Shown here in pieces: positions 13,520 through 27,120 of a stretch of DNA of 64,000 bases. The stretch lies in assembly GCF_009914755.1 (NCBI RefSeq), contig NC_060947.1. One strand, written 5' to 3'. A program made the translations under genes and the position numbers. This DNA comes from the human T2T-CHM13v2.0 reference genome, Homo sapiens. The notes beneath the pieces are model-generated. The model searched no databases. It was not told the DNA's origin and was given only the letters and a program-made list of their open reading frames with translations. Numbering within the stretch: position 1 is the first letter of the stretch; each line of letters opens with the position of its first letter.

Positions 13520-14530
13520 ATGGGGAGAAACAAGTGCAGAAAGGCTTAAAATTCTAAAAACCAGAATGCCTCTTCTCCTCCAAAGGATCACAACTTTTCA
13601 CCAGCAAGGGAACAAAACTGGATTGAGAATGAGTTTCACAAATAGACAGAAGTAGGCTTCAGAAGGTGGATAATAATAAACTCCTCTGAGCTAAAGGAGC
13701 ATGTTCTAACCCAATGCAAGAAAGCTAAGAACCTTGAAAACAGGTTAGACCAATTGCTAACTAGAATAACCCATTTAGAGAAGAACATAAATGACCTGAT
13801 AGAGCTGAAAAACACAGCATGAGAACTTTGTGAAGCATACACAAGTATCCATAGCTGAATCGATCAAGCAGAAGAAAGGATATCAGAGATTGAAGATCAA
13901 CTTAATGAAATAAAGTGAGAAGACAAGATTAGAGAAAAAAGAATGAAAAAGAATGAACAAAGCCTCCAAGAAATATGGGAATATGTGAAAAGATCAAATC
14001 TATGTTTGATTGGTGTACCTGAAAGTGACAGGGAGAATGGAACCAAGTTGGAAAAGACTCTTCAGGATATTACCCAGGAGAACTTCTTCAACCTATCAAG
14101 ACAGGCCAACATTCAAATTCAGGAAATACAGAGAATGCCACAAAGATACTCCTCGAGAAGAGCAACTCCAAGACACATAATTCTCAGATTCACCAAGGTT
14201 GAAATGAAGGATAAAATGTTAAGAGCAGCCAGTGAGAAAGGTTGGGTTACCCATAAAGGGAAGCCTATCAGAATAACAGCTGATCTCTCTGCAGAAACCT
14301 TACAAGCCAGAAGAGAGTGGGGGCCAATATTCAACATTCTTAGAGAAAATAATTTTCAACCCAGAATTTCATATCCACCCAAACTAAGCTTCATAAGTGA
14401 AGGAGAAATAAAATTCTTCACAGACAAGCAAACACCTTACAAGTCTGCCTTACAAGAGCTCCTGAAAGAAGCACTAAACATGGAAAGGAACAACTGGCAA
14501 CAGCCAGTGCAAAAACATACCCAATTGTAA
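13520..14530 (+). pseudogene. L1 ORF1p remnant (multiple stops; 195-codon open C-terminal part at 13943-14530)
   Basis: ATGGGGAGAAAC start; NEQSLQEIWEYVKR, RRATPRHII, LSAETLQARREWG, RISYPPKLSF motifs. Confidence 0.9.
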
Positions 14531-14593
14531 AGGCCATCGACACTATGGAAAAACTGGATTAACTAATAGGCAAAATAACCAGCTAGCATCATA

Positions 14594-16092
14594 ATGACTT
14601 GATCAAATTCACACATAACAATATTAACTTTAAATGTAAATGGGCTAAATACCCTAATTAAAAGTCATAGACTGGCAAATTGGATAAAGAGTCAAGACCC
14701 ATCAGTGTGCTGTATTCAGGAGACCCATCTCATGTGCAGAGACACACACAGGCTCAAAATAAAGGGATGTAGGATTATTTACCAAGTAAATGGAAATCAA
14801 AAAAAATCAGGGGTTGCAGACCTAGTCTCTGATAAAATAGACTTTAACTTTAAACCAACAAAGATCAAAAGAGACAAAGAAGGGCATTACATAATGGTTA
14901 AGGGATTAATGCAACAAGAACTATCTATCCTAAATATATATGCACCCAATACGGGAGCACTCAAATTCATAAAGCAAGTTCTTAGAGACCTACAAAGAGA
15001 CTTAGGCTCCTACACAATAACAGACAGATACTTTAACATCCCACTGTAAGTATTAGACAGATCAACAAGACACAAAATTAGTAAGGATATTCAGGACTTG
15101 AACTCTGCTCTGGACCAAGTGGACCTAATAGACATCTACAGAACTCTCCACCCCAAATCAATAGAATATACATTCTTCTCAGCACCACATTACACTTATT
15201 CTAAAATTGACCACATAATTGGAAGTAAAACACTCTAGAGCAAATCTGAAGGAACAGAAAATCATAACAGTCTCTCAGACCACAGCACAATCAAATTAGA
15301 ACTCAGGATTAAGAAGCTTACTCAAAACTGCACAACTACATGGAAACTGATTGAACAACCTGCTCCTGAAAGACTACTGGGTAAACAACAAAATTAAGGC
15401 ATAAATGAAGATGTTCTTTGAAACCAATGAGAACAAAGACACAACATACCAGAATCTCTGGGACACATTTAAGGCAGTGTTTAGAGGGAAATTTATAGCA
15501 TTAAATGCCCACAATTGAAAGCAGGAAAGATCGGAAATCAACACCCTAACATCAAAATTAAAAGAACTAGCGAAACAAGAGCAAACAAATTCAAAAGCTA
15601 GGAGAAGACAAGAAATAACTAAGATCAGAGCAGAACTGAAGGAGATAGAGACATGAAAAACCCTTCAAAAAATCAATGAATCCAGGAGCTGGTTTTTTGA
15701 AAAGGTCAACATAATAGATAGACCATTAGCCAGACTAATAAAGAAGAAAAGAGAAGAATCAAATAGATGCAATAAAAAGTGATAAAGGGGATATCACCAC
15801 TGATCCCACAGAAATACAAACTACCATCAGAGAATACTGTAAACATCTCTATGCAAATAAACTAGAAAATCTAGAAGAAATGGATAAGTTCCTGGACATA
15901 TACATCCTCCCAAGTCTAAACCAGGAAGAAGTCAAATCCCTGAATAGACCAATAACAAGTACTGAAATTGAGGCAGTAATTAATAGCCTACCAACCAAAA
16001 ACAGTCCAGGACCAGACGGATTCACAGCTGAATTCTACCAGAGGTACAAAGAGGAGTTGGTACCCCACCTTCTGAAACTATTCCAAACAATA
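14594..16092 (+). pseudogene. L1 ORF2p N-terminal (endonuclease) remnant
   Basis: ATG ACT TGA gives an immediate stop; downstream CCIQETHL, KRDKEGHYIMVKG and LNIYAPNTGA fragments with stops and frameshifts. Confidence 0.88.
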
Positions 16093-16359
16093 TGAATTTA
16101 TACCTGCCACAATATAAAACAGGGAGTATCATTAAATCTGGTACTATCTCTTAAAGAGAAATGACAATACCTAGTGATCAAGAACTTATTCCTTATAGAA
16201 TTGTTTCTCAAGAGATCAGAGCAAGGGACTTTACCATTCTATAGTTTTAAATCTTAAAGGTTCATTTAGTAAGTAAAGTAGATCTTACAGACTAAGATAA
16301 ATTTTATGATTAAATCTTATAATCTTATGATATTTGATTTATCAGAATAATGATTTTAA

Positions 16360-16618
16360 CAAACACATCCCTTACTATGTGGCGGGCACAAACTTGAGCA
16401 CTTTAATATATTTTAAACACATTGAATAAAGACAACATCCATATGAAATAAGTACTATTATTATTCCTGTCTTACAGATAAGGAACCTGAGGCACAAGAA
16501 GGTCAAATGACTTGCTCAAGGTCACATAGCTAATAAGTGGTGGAGCTCAGAGTCTGTATGTATTTCCCAACTCTGGCTTCAAAGTCTATACTCTTAATCC
16601 CTGCACCACACTGCCTCT
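16360..16618 (-). mobile_element. MIRb SINE
   Basis: TTACAGATAAGGAACCTGAGGCAC...GACTTGCTCAAGGTCACATAGCTAATAAGTGG...CACACTGCCTCT. Confidence 0.85.
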
Positions 16619-17468
16619 TAGGTTTGGTGCCTGTTTGCTAGGAAATCAGAAAATGGAAGGAAAAAGTCTGAAGATCTGCAATAGTTTTTAAAACTTCATG
16701 CTAAAAGATTCTTCAAAATGCTAATATGATGCATATCCACTATAAATTCAACCCTTCATGAGGCTAAGTGAAATTCTAGAAAATAATACATAAAATGGCC
16801 AGGTACCATAATATTAAAACTTTGTCACAGAGATTTCTTTATGTTAGACCAAGAACTTCTTGATTACATAAAGTGCCTTGATATACTTTGTACATTATCT
16901 TTATTGCTAACCTTTATGAAATATTTTTTAAAAAGCTTTTGAAATCTTTATATCTCCTCAGCACTTACACAATTAAGAAATATCAATAAAAACACTATTT
17001 TTACTTTTTACGTTTGGCTTGGCTGATTTTCCTAGGATACCTTGTACAGGCATACCTTGTTTTATTGTGCCTTACTTTATTGCACTTAGTTGATATTGTG
17101 TTTTTTTACAAATTAAAGGTTTGTGGCAACCCCGGATCAAACAAGTCTATCAGTGCCATTTTCCAACATCTTGTGTTCACTTTGGGTTTCTGTTTGACAT
17201 TTTGGTAATTCTCACAAGTATGCAAACATTTTCATTATTATTATATCTGTTATGATGATCTATGGTCAGTGATCTTTGATGTTATCACTGTAATTATTTC
17301 GGAACACCACAAACCACAGCAGTGTAAATGGCAAACTTAATCGCTAAATGTCTGCGTGTTCTCATCGCTCCACTGATTGGTCTTTCCTCTATCTCTCCCC
17401 CTCTCCTTGGGCGTCCCTATTCCCTGAGACACAGCAGTATTAAAACTAGTCCAAGTAAACACCCAACA

Positions 17469-19069
17469 ATGCCCTCTAAGTGTTCAAGTGAAAGGAAGAG
17501 TCACACATCTCTCACTTTAAACCAAAAGCTAGAAATGATTAAGCTTAGCGAGGAAGACATGTCAAAACCCTCTGAGATAGGCCAAAAGCCAGGCCTCTTA
17601 CAAAAAACAGTTTGCCAGGTCATGAATGCAAAGGAAATGTTCTTGAGGGAAATTAAAAAGTGCTATGCCAGTGAACACACGGATAATAAAGTGAAACAGC
17701 CGTTTGCTGATGTGAAGAAAGTTTGAGTGGTCTGGCTAGAAGATCAGATCAGCCACAACATTTTCTTAAGCCAAAGCCTAATCCAGAGCAAGGCCCTACC
17801 GGTCTTCAATTCTGTGAATGCTGAGAGAGATAAGAAGCTTCAGAAGAAAAGTTGGAAGCTAGCTGAAGTTGGTTCATGAGATTTAAGGAAAGAAGCTGTC
17901 TCCACAGTATCAAAGTGTGAGGTGAAGCAGCAGGTGCTGATTTAGAATCTGGAGCAAGTTATCCAGAAGATCCAGCTAAGATAATTGAGGAAGTTGGTTA
18001 CATTAAATAGCAGAATTTCAGTGTAGATGAAACAGTCTCATAGTGGGAAAACATACTGTCTAGAAGTGGGAAAACATACTGTCTAGAACTTTTGTAGCTG
18101 GAGAAAAGTCAATGCCAGCCTTCAAAACGTCGAAAGACAGGCTGACTCTCTTGTTAGAGTCTAATGCTGTTGGTGACTTTAGTTGAAACCAATGCTCATT
18201 TACCATTCTGAAAATCCTAAGGCCCTTAAAAAGTATGCTAAAACTACTCTGCCTGTGCTCTACAAATGGCACAAGAAAACTTAGATGACAGCATGTTTGT
18301 TTACAGCACGGCTTAATAAATATTTTAAGCCCACTATTGAAACCTACTGTTCAGGAAAAAAAAGGATTTCTTTCAATATATTACTGTTCATTGACAAAGC
18401 ATCTGGTCACCCAAGAGCCGTGATTTGTTTTCATGCCTGCTAACATAGCATCCATTCTGCAGCCCATGGATCAAGGAACAATTTCGATGTTCAAGTCTCT
18501 TTTTCTAAGGAATACATTTTGTAAGGCTACAGCGGCCATAGATAGTGATTCATCTGATGGATCTGGAAAAAGCCCATTGAACACCTTCTGGAAAAGATTC
18601 ACCATTCTAGTTGCCTTTAAGAACATTTGTGATTCACAAGAGGAGGTCAATATATCAACATCAACAGGAGTTTGGAAAACGTTGATTCCAGCCCTCGGGG
18701 ATGACTGAGGTATTCAAGACGTCAGTGGAGGATGTAACTGCAGACATGGTAGAAAGAGCAAGAGAACTAGAATTAAAAGTGGAGCCTGAAGATGTGAATG
18801 AATTGCTGCAATCTCATGCTAAAACTTGAATGGCTGAGGAGTTGCTTCTTACGGATGAGCAAAGACAGTGGTTTCTTGAGATGGAATCTATCCCTGGTAA
18901 AGATGCTGTGATCATTGCCAAAATGACAACAAAGTATTTAGAATATTACATAAACGTAGTTGATAAAGCAGTGGTAGCATTTGAGAGGACTGAATCCAAT
19001 TTTGAAATAAGTACTACTGTGAGTAAAATGCTATCAAACAGCATGACATACTACAGGGAAATATTTTGA
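17469..19069 (+). pseudogene. Tigger1 transposase remnant (TIGD1-like)
   Basis: MPSKCSSERKSHTSLTLNQKLEMIKLSEE (HTH), [15 protein letters not shown] (DDE region), EELLLTDEQRQWFLEMES; stops and frameshifts. Confidence 0.88.
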
Positions 19070-19125
19070 GAAAGAAGTCAATTGATGTGGCAAACTCGCT
19101 GTTGTCTTATTTTAAGACAGTTTGC

Positions 19126-19430
19126 AGCCAGTCATGATGGCTCATGTCTGTATTCCAAGACCTTTGTAAGTCTGATGTAGGAGGATCTCTTGAGCCCAGG
19201 AGTTCAAGACCAGATGGCGTAACACAGGGAGACCCTGTCTCTACAAAAAAATAAAAAAAATTAGCTGAGTTATGTGGAGCACACCTATAGTCCCAGATAC
19301 CCAGGAAGCTAAAGTGCAAGCCAGACTGCTTGAGCCTGGGAGTGATGCTGCAATGAGCAGTGATTATGCCACTGCACTCCAGCCTGGGTGTTAATAGAGT
19401 GAGACCCTGTCTCAAGAAAATAAAACTAAA
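19126..19430 (+). mobile_element. AluJ
   Basis: GAGGATCTCTTGAGCCCAGGAGTTCAAGACC...GTGATTATGCCACTGCACTCCAGCC...GAGACCCTGTCTC. Confidence 0.9.
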
Positions 19431-19433
19431 TTG

Positions 19434-19740
19434 GGCCAGGTACGGTGGCTCACTCCTGTAATCCCACTACTTTGGGAGGCTGAGGCAGACAGATCACTTG
19501 ATGTAAAGAATTCGAGACCAGCTTGGCCAACATGACAAAACCCCATTTCTACTAAAAATACAAAAATTAGCCAGGCATGGTGGTGCACACCTGTAATCAC
19601 AGGTACTGAGGAGGCTGAGGCATGAGAATCTTTTGAACCCGGGAATGAGACGAGATCACCCCACTGCACTCCAGCCTGGGTGATGGAGTGAGACTCTGTC
19701 TCAAGAAATATAAATAAATAAATTAATTAATTAATTAAAA
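19434..19740 (+). mobile_element. AluS inserted in the tail of the AluJ
   Basis: GGCCAGGTACGGTGGCTCAC...CTACTAAAAATACAAAAATTAGCC...; (TAAA)n/(TTAA)n tail. Confidence 0.9.
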
Positions 19741-20788
19741 AGAGATTGCCACAGCCATTCTAACCCTCAGCAGCCACCACCCTGACCAGTCAGCAGCCAT
19801 CAACATGTAAACAAGACTGTCCACCGGCAAAAGGATTAGGACTTGCCAAAGGCTCAGATGATTCTTAGCATTTTAAAGCACAATAATTGTTTAAATTAAG
19901 ATATATACATTGGCTTTTTAGACATCATACAGTTTCACACTTTAGTAGACTGCAGTATAGTGTAAACAGAACTTTTGCATGCACTGGGCAACCCATAAAT
20001 TTGTGTGACTTGTTTTATTGTGATACTGGCTTTATTAGGATGGTCTTGAATTTAATCTATAATATCTCTAAGGTATGCCTGTACTACTGTTGAATTTGGG
20101 TAATGGCTTATTCTTTATCAACAAAAGTATATATCAATCAAGGATCCTTATTGAGTGGGAAAAGAGCCTGCTTCTGGTGGAGAGATGTTTAATTTACAAG
20201 TTATCGAAAGTGGTTGTGGGCAGAGCTGTTTGATGTCTTTTCTTATACTTCAGATATTAAGCTTATAATAACAGTTCTTGACAAGGAAATGGAGACTTAG
20301 CCCTATCGGTCACTGGTCTGAGTATGTTTATGACATCAATACCAATTTGCATCATCTGCCCAGAGCTGTGACTTAGAGTTTGAGAAATTACATGCATAGA
20401 GTCTTCTAATCATTTTCAATGGAAGAAATATTTACTTTTTAAAGGCAGCATTCTTCTGCAGTCATCTATTGTCTAGAGGAAAAGAGAGAATGTAGCCCAA
20501 GCAGTAAAGGTCAAGAATAACAGCTAAAGTGATAATATCCTTGGCATTTTACCCATTAGGGTTTGAACTTAGAGACTTTAAGGGTAAGGTCTTTATTAAG
20601 GATTTGGCTGTAGACTGAGGGTGTATCCCAAGGATTAGCAATTAAAAATGTATATAAAATTATTTGTAAACTTGTATTTATTATATTGATGTCCTTAGAA
20701 GACATAATTTAAAAACATTTGCCATCTATTTCATAGAGGACACATAGTGGAAACTTGGATCCATATTTTAAAAAAATTTATCATTGGA

Positions 20789-21143
20789 GAGTGTAGAAGG
20801 ATGATTACCAGAGGCTGGGAAGGGTAGTGGGGGGCTGGGGAGGAAGTGGGGATGGTTAATGGATACAAAAATATCATGAGAAATACTGAATAAGACCTAC
20901 TACTTGATACACAACAGGGTAACTAAAGTCAATAATGACTTATTGTACATTTTTAAATAACTCAAAGGTGTAATTGGATTGTTTGTAACTCAAAGAATAA
21001 ATTCTTGAGGGGATGGCCACCTCACTCTCCATGATGTGCTTATTTCACATTGCATGCCTGTATCAAAACATCTCATATATACCATAAATATATACCATTA
21101 CTATGTACCCACATAAATTAAAAATAAAATTAAATAAATAAAC
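20789..21143 (+). mobile_element. L1MA (MA1-4-like) 3' end
   Basis: TTACCAGAGGCTGGGAAGGGTAGTGG...CACATTGCATGCCTGTATCAAAACATCTC...A-rich tail; TSD core ATCATTGGA at 20780-20788 and 21151-21159. Confidence 0.88.
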
Positions 21144-22317
21144 AAATTCCATCATTGGAAGAACACTGGAAAGAAGCAGCAAACAGCAAGGTATTAATGA
21201 TGTAGACTAAATTAAAAGGTACTTGGAAGTGCATATATATATATATACACACACACATTGAAATACGCATTATGCTGAAAATTGATATTGTTTTCAGTCC
21301 TCTTGTTAATATCCTCTACATTATTAATTTTTCCAGGTCTCTAGGCTTGAAACCTTATGTTTACTTTTTTGTTTTTTCTCTTAGCCAATATATCAACAAG
21401 AACTATCAACACTTATTCTGAAATGTGTTTTAGAGAAATCATACCTTTTAGTTTTATGTTCTTACTTTTCATTCTGACTTAGGCTCTCTTCACTTCCTAT
21501 TGGGAACTTCTTTCACCAACTTCTACTCCCCTTTGCTTCTGTCCACAGTCACTTTTCCTTTCTAATCCTGCAGATAGATGCTTTTGCCTAAACACCGCTT
21601 TTATTATATTTTTTTCTGTTCTTATGTACTTGTGGTGACTTATTTGAATACTTCTGCAAGATCTTCAGGGTTCTGACAGTCTCCTTTCCCTTTGTCTCAT
21701 TGCTCCTAGGGACCAAACATACATTTCACAACTTTCTCTCTGGTTAACTTCTTTTTACAGGATTATCTTTCTAAGCCCATTAATGTTCAACCACCTTCAA
21801 TGAGTATTAAATTGTAAATACTTGTGTTTTCTTGTATTCTGGATTTCATGTTACTGATAACCTCCTTTAGAAACTCTAAAGTAGTTATGATTAGGAATTC
21901 CATAGTCTTACTTGAATGAGCAGTATTACAATTGTATTACTTTTCCTTTCATCTTAAAACATTAAGCCTTTCAAGTTATTTCCTGTTTTCCTATAAGATT
22001 TCTCTTTTTTTCCCCACAAAAGTGGTAATTCAAAGGCTTAATATATCTTTAATTAACTGAGCAGGGTTGCTAGGAAAAAATGTCCTTATCCAGATGAAGT
22101 TGATATGTCAGCTGTGGTTTCTTTATCCTTATGGACTCAGGAAATGGGAAGTATTTAGGTTTTGTCATGCCTTCTTTTTCATGGCCAATAAACCTTATTA
22201 TAGTAGCTCCATGAGTTTAATATTTCACACATTAAATGATTAAAAGTAAGAATGCAAGACCTCTCCATCAATAGATTTCCTGACATGAATTAGATTGTGT
22301 TTTTAAATTCCTTGCAG

Positions 22318-22460
22318 GAAAAAAAATAGAAGGAAGAGGAAAGGAAGGAAAGATTGTAAAGAAAAGATGGAGGGAGAGAGGGAGAAAGTTATGAGGAAGG
22401 AATAAAGGAAAGAAGCAAAAATGAAAGAAAAGATCAATGAAGTACAGAAAAAGAAATGAA
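22318..22460. repeat. Purine-rich (GA-rich) low-complexity tract
   Basis: About 140 bp dominated by GGAA/GAAA/GAGA. Confidence 0.7.
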
Positions 22461-25400
22461 ACATATTTTGAATCAAAATGTCCTTTCCTAGAGGCGAAAG
22501 CAATTCAGTATTATTCAAGTTTTATTTAGTATTATTCAATAAATTTATCAAATTTTTTAGTAAATATAACGGACCATGCAGCCTCAAGTCACACAGACTG
22601 CCTGACAAGGCAAGGCTGGATTTATGCATGTCTCCTGTTTACCCAAGAATGCAGACATTTCCCTTACAAAATGAGACGGCCTTATCTTTATTATTATAGG
22701 GCATTTTAGTTTACAGTTTTGCTCTGAGTAACATTTAGATGCTTTTTTCAAGATCCCTAAATAAAAGAACAGGGAAAAATACTGCTTATTGCTAGCAATC
22801 TACATTTTTTATATTGCATGATTAAAAGCAAGTATTGCTGACAGCAGAAAAATAATTGAAAATGATGATTGTGATTTATTTATGTAGAATCTGTTTGACT
22901 AACAGAAGGTAAATTGGGCTGATGAAAAAACCTTGTTTACATTTTTTAAATATAGGCCAGATTGTGATGACCTGGAAAATGAAGTACTGGCAACATCAAA
23001 GAAGACATTCCTCTTTCTTTTAATCTAATATTTGCCAAAATTGCCGTGATGGTAAAACATATTTACTTGAGTACTAGTACACAGTGCACAATAATTTGCC
23101 CAACCCCTAGTCAGGGCATAAATTCATCCTGTTACCATTTCTTGGACTCTGCAGGCTGAAAGACAGAGTTTTCTTTGCTATGGGATACATTTTTTTTTTT
23201 TTAGCAAAAACCAAATAATTTAGTGTTAATTGCATTGCACTACTGATACCTACAGCAGGTATCACTTTCGCATCTCAGGACAAACTTAGAGTTTCGGATT
23301 TTATAGATATCTATCCATTCCATGTCATTAAAAAAAATTGATATAAGTTAGAGCTGAGAGTATCATTTTCTTCTGAAGATAAAATCCTATAAACTAAAAT
23401 AGCATGGGTTGGAGCAGTATGTACCATTTTCATCTTAAGATAAAACCCCAAAAAACAAAACAGCTGACTTGAGCTGAAACAGTGCATGCATGCTATCTGT
23501 ATACTACAAATCTGTTTCTTATTTTCTCGCTATATATTCAAAGTATAAGTTCATAAAGTTTTAATAGTGTTTCTCCCTTTTCCCCATCCAAATTACATAT
23601 TGTTCTGTTAAAGATGAATTAAAATATGGATCCCCTATACTTTTTTGTGGTGATTGTATGCACTGAAACCTTACGGAAGAAATGTGACCACATACAATCA
23701 CTGGGAGCATAGACTATTTCATTTTAGAGTTGAGTATACCCTCTGTGCCTTTATACATTATTATAGTAGTTTTTGATTGTAAGGTTAGGGAAGTGAGTAT
23801 ACTTTTATTTGTTTTATTTTATATTTTAATTTTATGCTCTAAAAGTTTAGTGCTCTCTAGACATAATGTTTTCATGGAGAACTGTTTTGTAATGTTAAAC
23901 ACAGTTATATTTGCAGTTGGCCATACATAATAAAGAATTATCATTATGAAAAATTAATAGAAAATTTTGGGTAGTGATTCTTCTGGTAGAAGTAGTTACT
24001 AGGCAGTCTTAAAGGAATTCTGTGATGCCCAGAGATAATTTTTTTATTCAAGAAATTCTAACTATTGAAATTGTTTAAAACAATAACAAGCGAGGAAAAA
24101 CCATCAATATTCAAATCATCATTATTTCATTAGCTTCGCTGATTCTGTCTCTCAAAGTATTTTGCTCTGATTAAGTGCAATTTGGATTTTCCCAAGCCGT
24201 AAATTAAGCAATGAATTGCCCACAACAGAATAGTTGAAGTAGTCAGCAAAGAGAATTTGGTATTCCTCTCCCCTCAGCACATGGGTGCACTTGCACACAT
24301 ACGCAAAAGCGCACACACACACACCATTTCTATAGTTACAGTCTCACTCCAGGAGGTTTGTCTCTTCTAATTAGATACACATAATCCATTCAGCTCATTT
24401 GTAAAGTTTACAAGTTGATTCTCTCTCACTCTCTTGTCTTCACTGTCTTCAACCAGACAATGAAAACAAAGATACAGTAGAGCTCATTTTCTCATTATTG
24501 ATTTCATGCACCAGCTGCCAGCTGTTTTAGCTTGTTCGTTTATATAACCCTCTGGGCAACTTTTAAAAAGTACATTTCTTTGACCATCTGCTAAATACAA
24601 TTGGTTTAATAATTAAAGACTCACCATTCCATTTTAAAGAAACATAAATGTTGCTGTTGCAGCTGAGATATCAACATTTTGGTTTCAAATACAGAAACAG
24701 GTTTCATTCCATTAATCAGTATCGTACACTTTGGGACACTAGTATTTCATGCTTTTTTCTTCCATCAGTTTATGCTAAGAGGAAAAGTTCCTTATCATTT
24801 ATAAACTTTCTGTTGCAGATCTTATTTTCCCTCTCAGCTTTTGCTTCCAGTTGTTAAGTATTGATACTTAAGCCTGTTGATACCTTGTTTTTATAAACAC
24901 ATAAGTCGTTGTTGAATATACATTCAGGAAGGCATATCAGCCGGATGCACTCATAAGACCACCCGTTATAATGAATGCAGGTATATTTCTAGAGAGAATC
25001 AAGCTCATGGCCTCCACGGTGCCGCATTGTTTACAAGTCACCATCCTACCACCCGTCTTTTTCTTAGTAAAAGGCTAGTTCATGTACAGACAGAATCAGA
25101 GAACCTCCTACACAAACCCTTATCATCTCGGACTGTTGCAAAAATCTACTGTTTTGTCATTAGGTTTATGAGTGATGTGATGTTTTATGTGAAGATGGAC
25201 GCAACTTCCATTTGAACTCTTCTTTAAAGCTCTGATTAGACTTAAACATTCCAATAATTTTGTACTACTTAACATGTTATTTGGAAAACTCTTGTATATA
25301 AAACAATTTACCCTTTGTTTCCAGGGTATCTTGGAACTGAACCATAAATGTATAGTCATATGGGGTGAAAAAGTTTATTTCATTTTTATGCCATTTCTAT

Positions 25401-25684
25401 ACTATTACTGATGCATTTTGTTACAGAATCAGTCAGCCATATACATCATCTGCAAAATTCATATTTGCTAAATTTGTTGAGGAAATTGGAGTACATTTTG
25501 GATTTTCGAGGTAAAGTTAATATTTTCTTTTTTTTTAATCGAATAAAGCCATTTTCTTCAAAATGGAAAAAAAGGAACATTTCCTTGGTAAGGTGGACAT
25601 AACTTATGTTAACTTCTGTGAACCTGAGCATTTGCACTTTGTTTTATAAAGTATTCCCCTCTTTAATGTTTTTGTCATTATAAG

Positions 25685-26484
25685 TGAAACAGGGAAAGTT
25701 CCCTTGTTCCCCTCTCAGGGCTTGTGATGGGGGTGTGGCTCTCTTCTTTGGTGTCCCGCTGCTCATAACCCCTAGGGGGAGCAGGCAGACGGGCAGGTTG
25801 TGGGGAGCATGGGCTCCGACCCCTAGGCAGCATCTAGGGGTGAATGCTTAGAGCTCCGGAAGCCCCAGTGGGCATGCTACAGTGTGCTCTTTTAGTTTTG
25901 CCATCTGTAGGCAGCTTGTGTTAATCAGCTCAATTAGACCCTCTGCCTTATCACAAGAACAGAGGGCTTTCTGTATCCCAGGGTTCTTTCCTTGGTGTAC
26001 CGGAAGAATTGGATCACTCGTGGGCTTGGAGAATTTAAGTGCAAGGTTTTTTATTGAGTGGTAGTTCTCTGCGAGGTGGATGGGGAGGCCAGAAGGGGGA
26101 TGGAGTGGGAAAGTGATTTTCCCCTGGAGTCAGGCCACCCAGCTGTCAGGCTCTCACCGACCACCTGGGCCAAACTCCGCATCATTTCGCCTCGCCGGTT
26201 GATGGCCTGCTGGTGTCAGCCGGTACCTGTTGGTGTGCTCTTCCACCTGTGTGTTCCTCTCTACATCCAGCTGCTTGTATCTCTGCCCGCTAGGGTCTCA
26301 GGGTTTTTATAGGCACAGGATGGGGGCGTGGCAGGCCAGGGTTGTCTTGGAAAATGCAACCTTTGGGTGCGAAAACAGGAGTGCCTGTCCTCACCTGGGT
26401 CCTAGGGCACAGGCCCAGAAATGGAGCCCTCGCCAGGGACCGTGCCCTTCTCCTCCCAGCACTTCCCTGAACCCTTCCCATTCA
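25685..26484 (-). mobile_element. Solo LTR1 (HUERS-P2 family, ERV1)
   Basis: 800-bp GC-rich island with TG...CA termini; minus strand GGGAAGTGCTGGG...GGTCCCTGGCGAGGGCTCCA...CCTGTGCCTATAAAAACCC; 4-bp TSD TAAG/TAAA. Confidence 0.85.
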
Positions 26485-26783
26485 TAAACACAGCTCGAGT
26501 TTAGTCAGTTATTAACGTATTAACGTTGGTTCCTGTTAATTCTTAAAATGGACAAGAACAAGTTGAGCTTTCCAAGATAATCTGGTTAAATACTCTTATA
26601 CATCAAATTGATCTCATTCTGATTAAGGTGGTAAATTTGAATGGGAAGCTGCATTTTACAGTAATCTTTTTTTTTTAATTTTTCTGTGATTCTTCTCATC
26701 ATGGTTCTAATGCATCTAATGCCTCACAATCATTTTTATTTTTAAATTGAAATATTAGATTTATTTACACTACAGTTAGTTCA

Positions 26784-27100
<317 letters not shown>

Positions 27101-27120
27101 TCACTATATTTTAAATATTC

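Larger units (their letters stand above)
13290..16092 (+). mobile_element. Inverted 5' half of the same L1 (end of 5' UTR, ORF1, EN part of ORF2)
   Basis: GCTTCCAGAGGAAGGAAGAGGCAGCAATC (5' UTR), ORF1, then CCIQETHL and MDKFLD...[13 protein letters not shown] of ORF2. Confidence 0.95.
17047..20081 (+). mobile_element. Near full-length Tigger1 (pogo-like Tc1/mariner) transposon, copy 2, with two nested Alus
   Basis: TA|CAGGCATACCTT ... AAGGTATGCCTG|TA: perfect 12-bp TIRs and TA target duplications. Confidence 0.95.

Noticed and set aside
13943-14530. Longest ORF (195 aa) as a functional gene
   Set aside because: C-terminal part of L1 ORF1 in a rearranged copy that has upstream stops and lacks most of its 5' UTR promoter.
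17328-17726. 132-aa ORF as a domesticated TIGD gene
   Set aside because: The transposase frame is broken by frameshifts and stops; it is an ordinary Tigger1 fossil.
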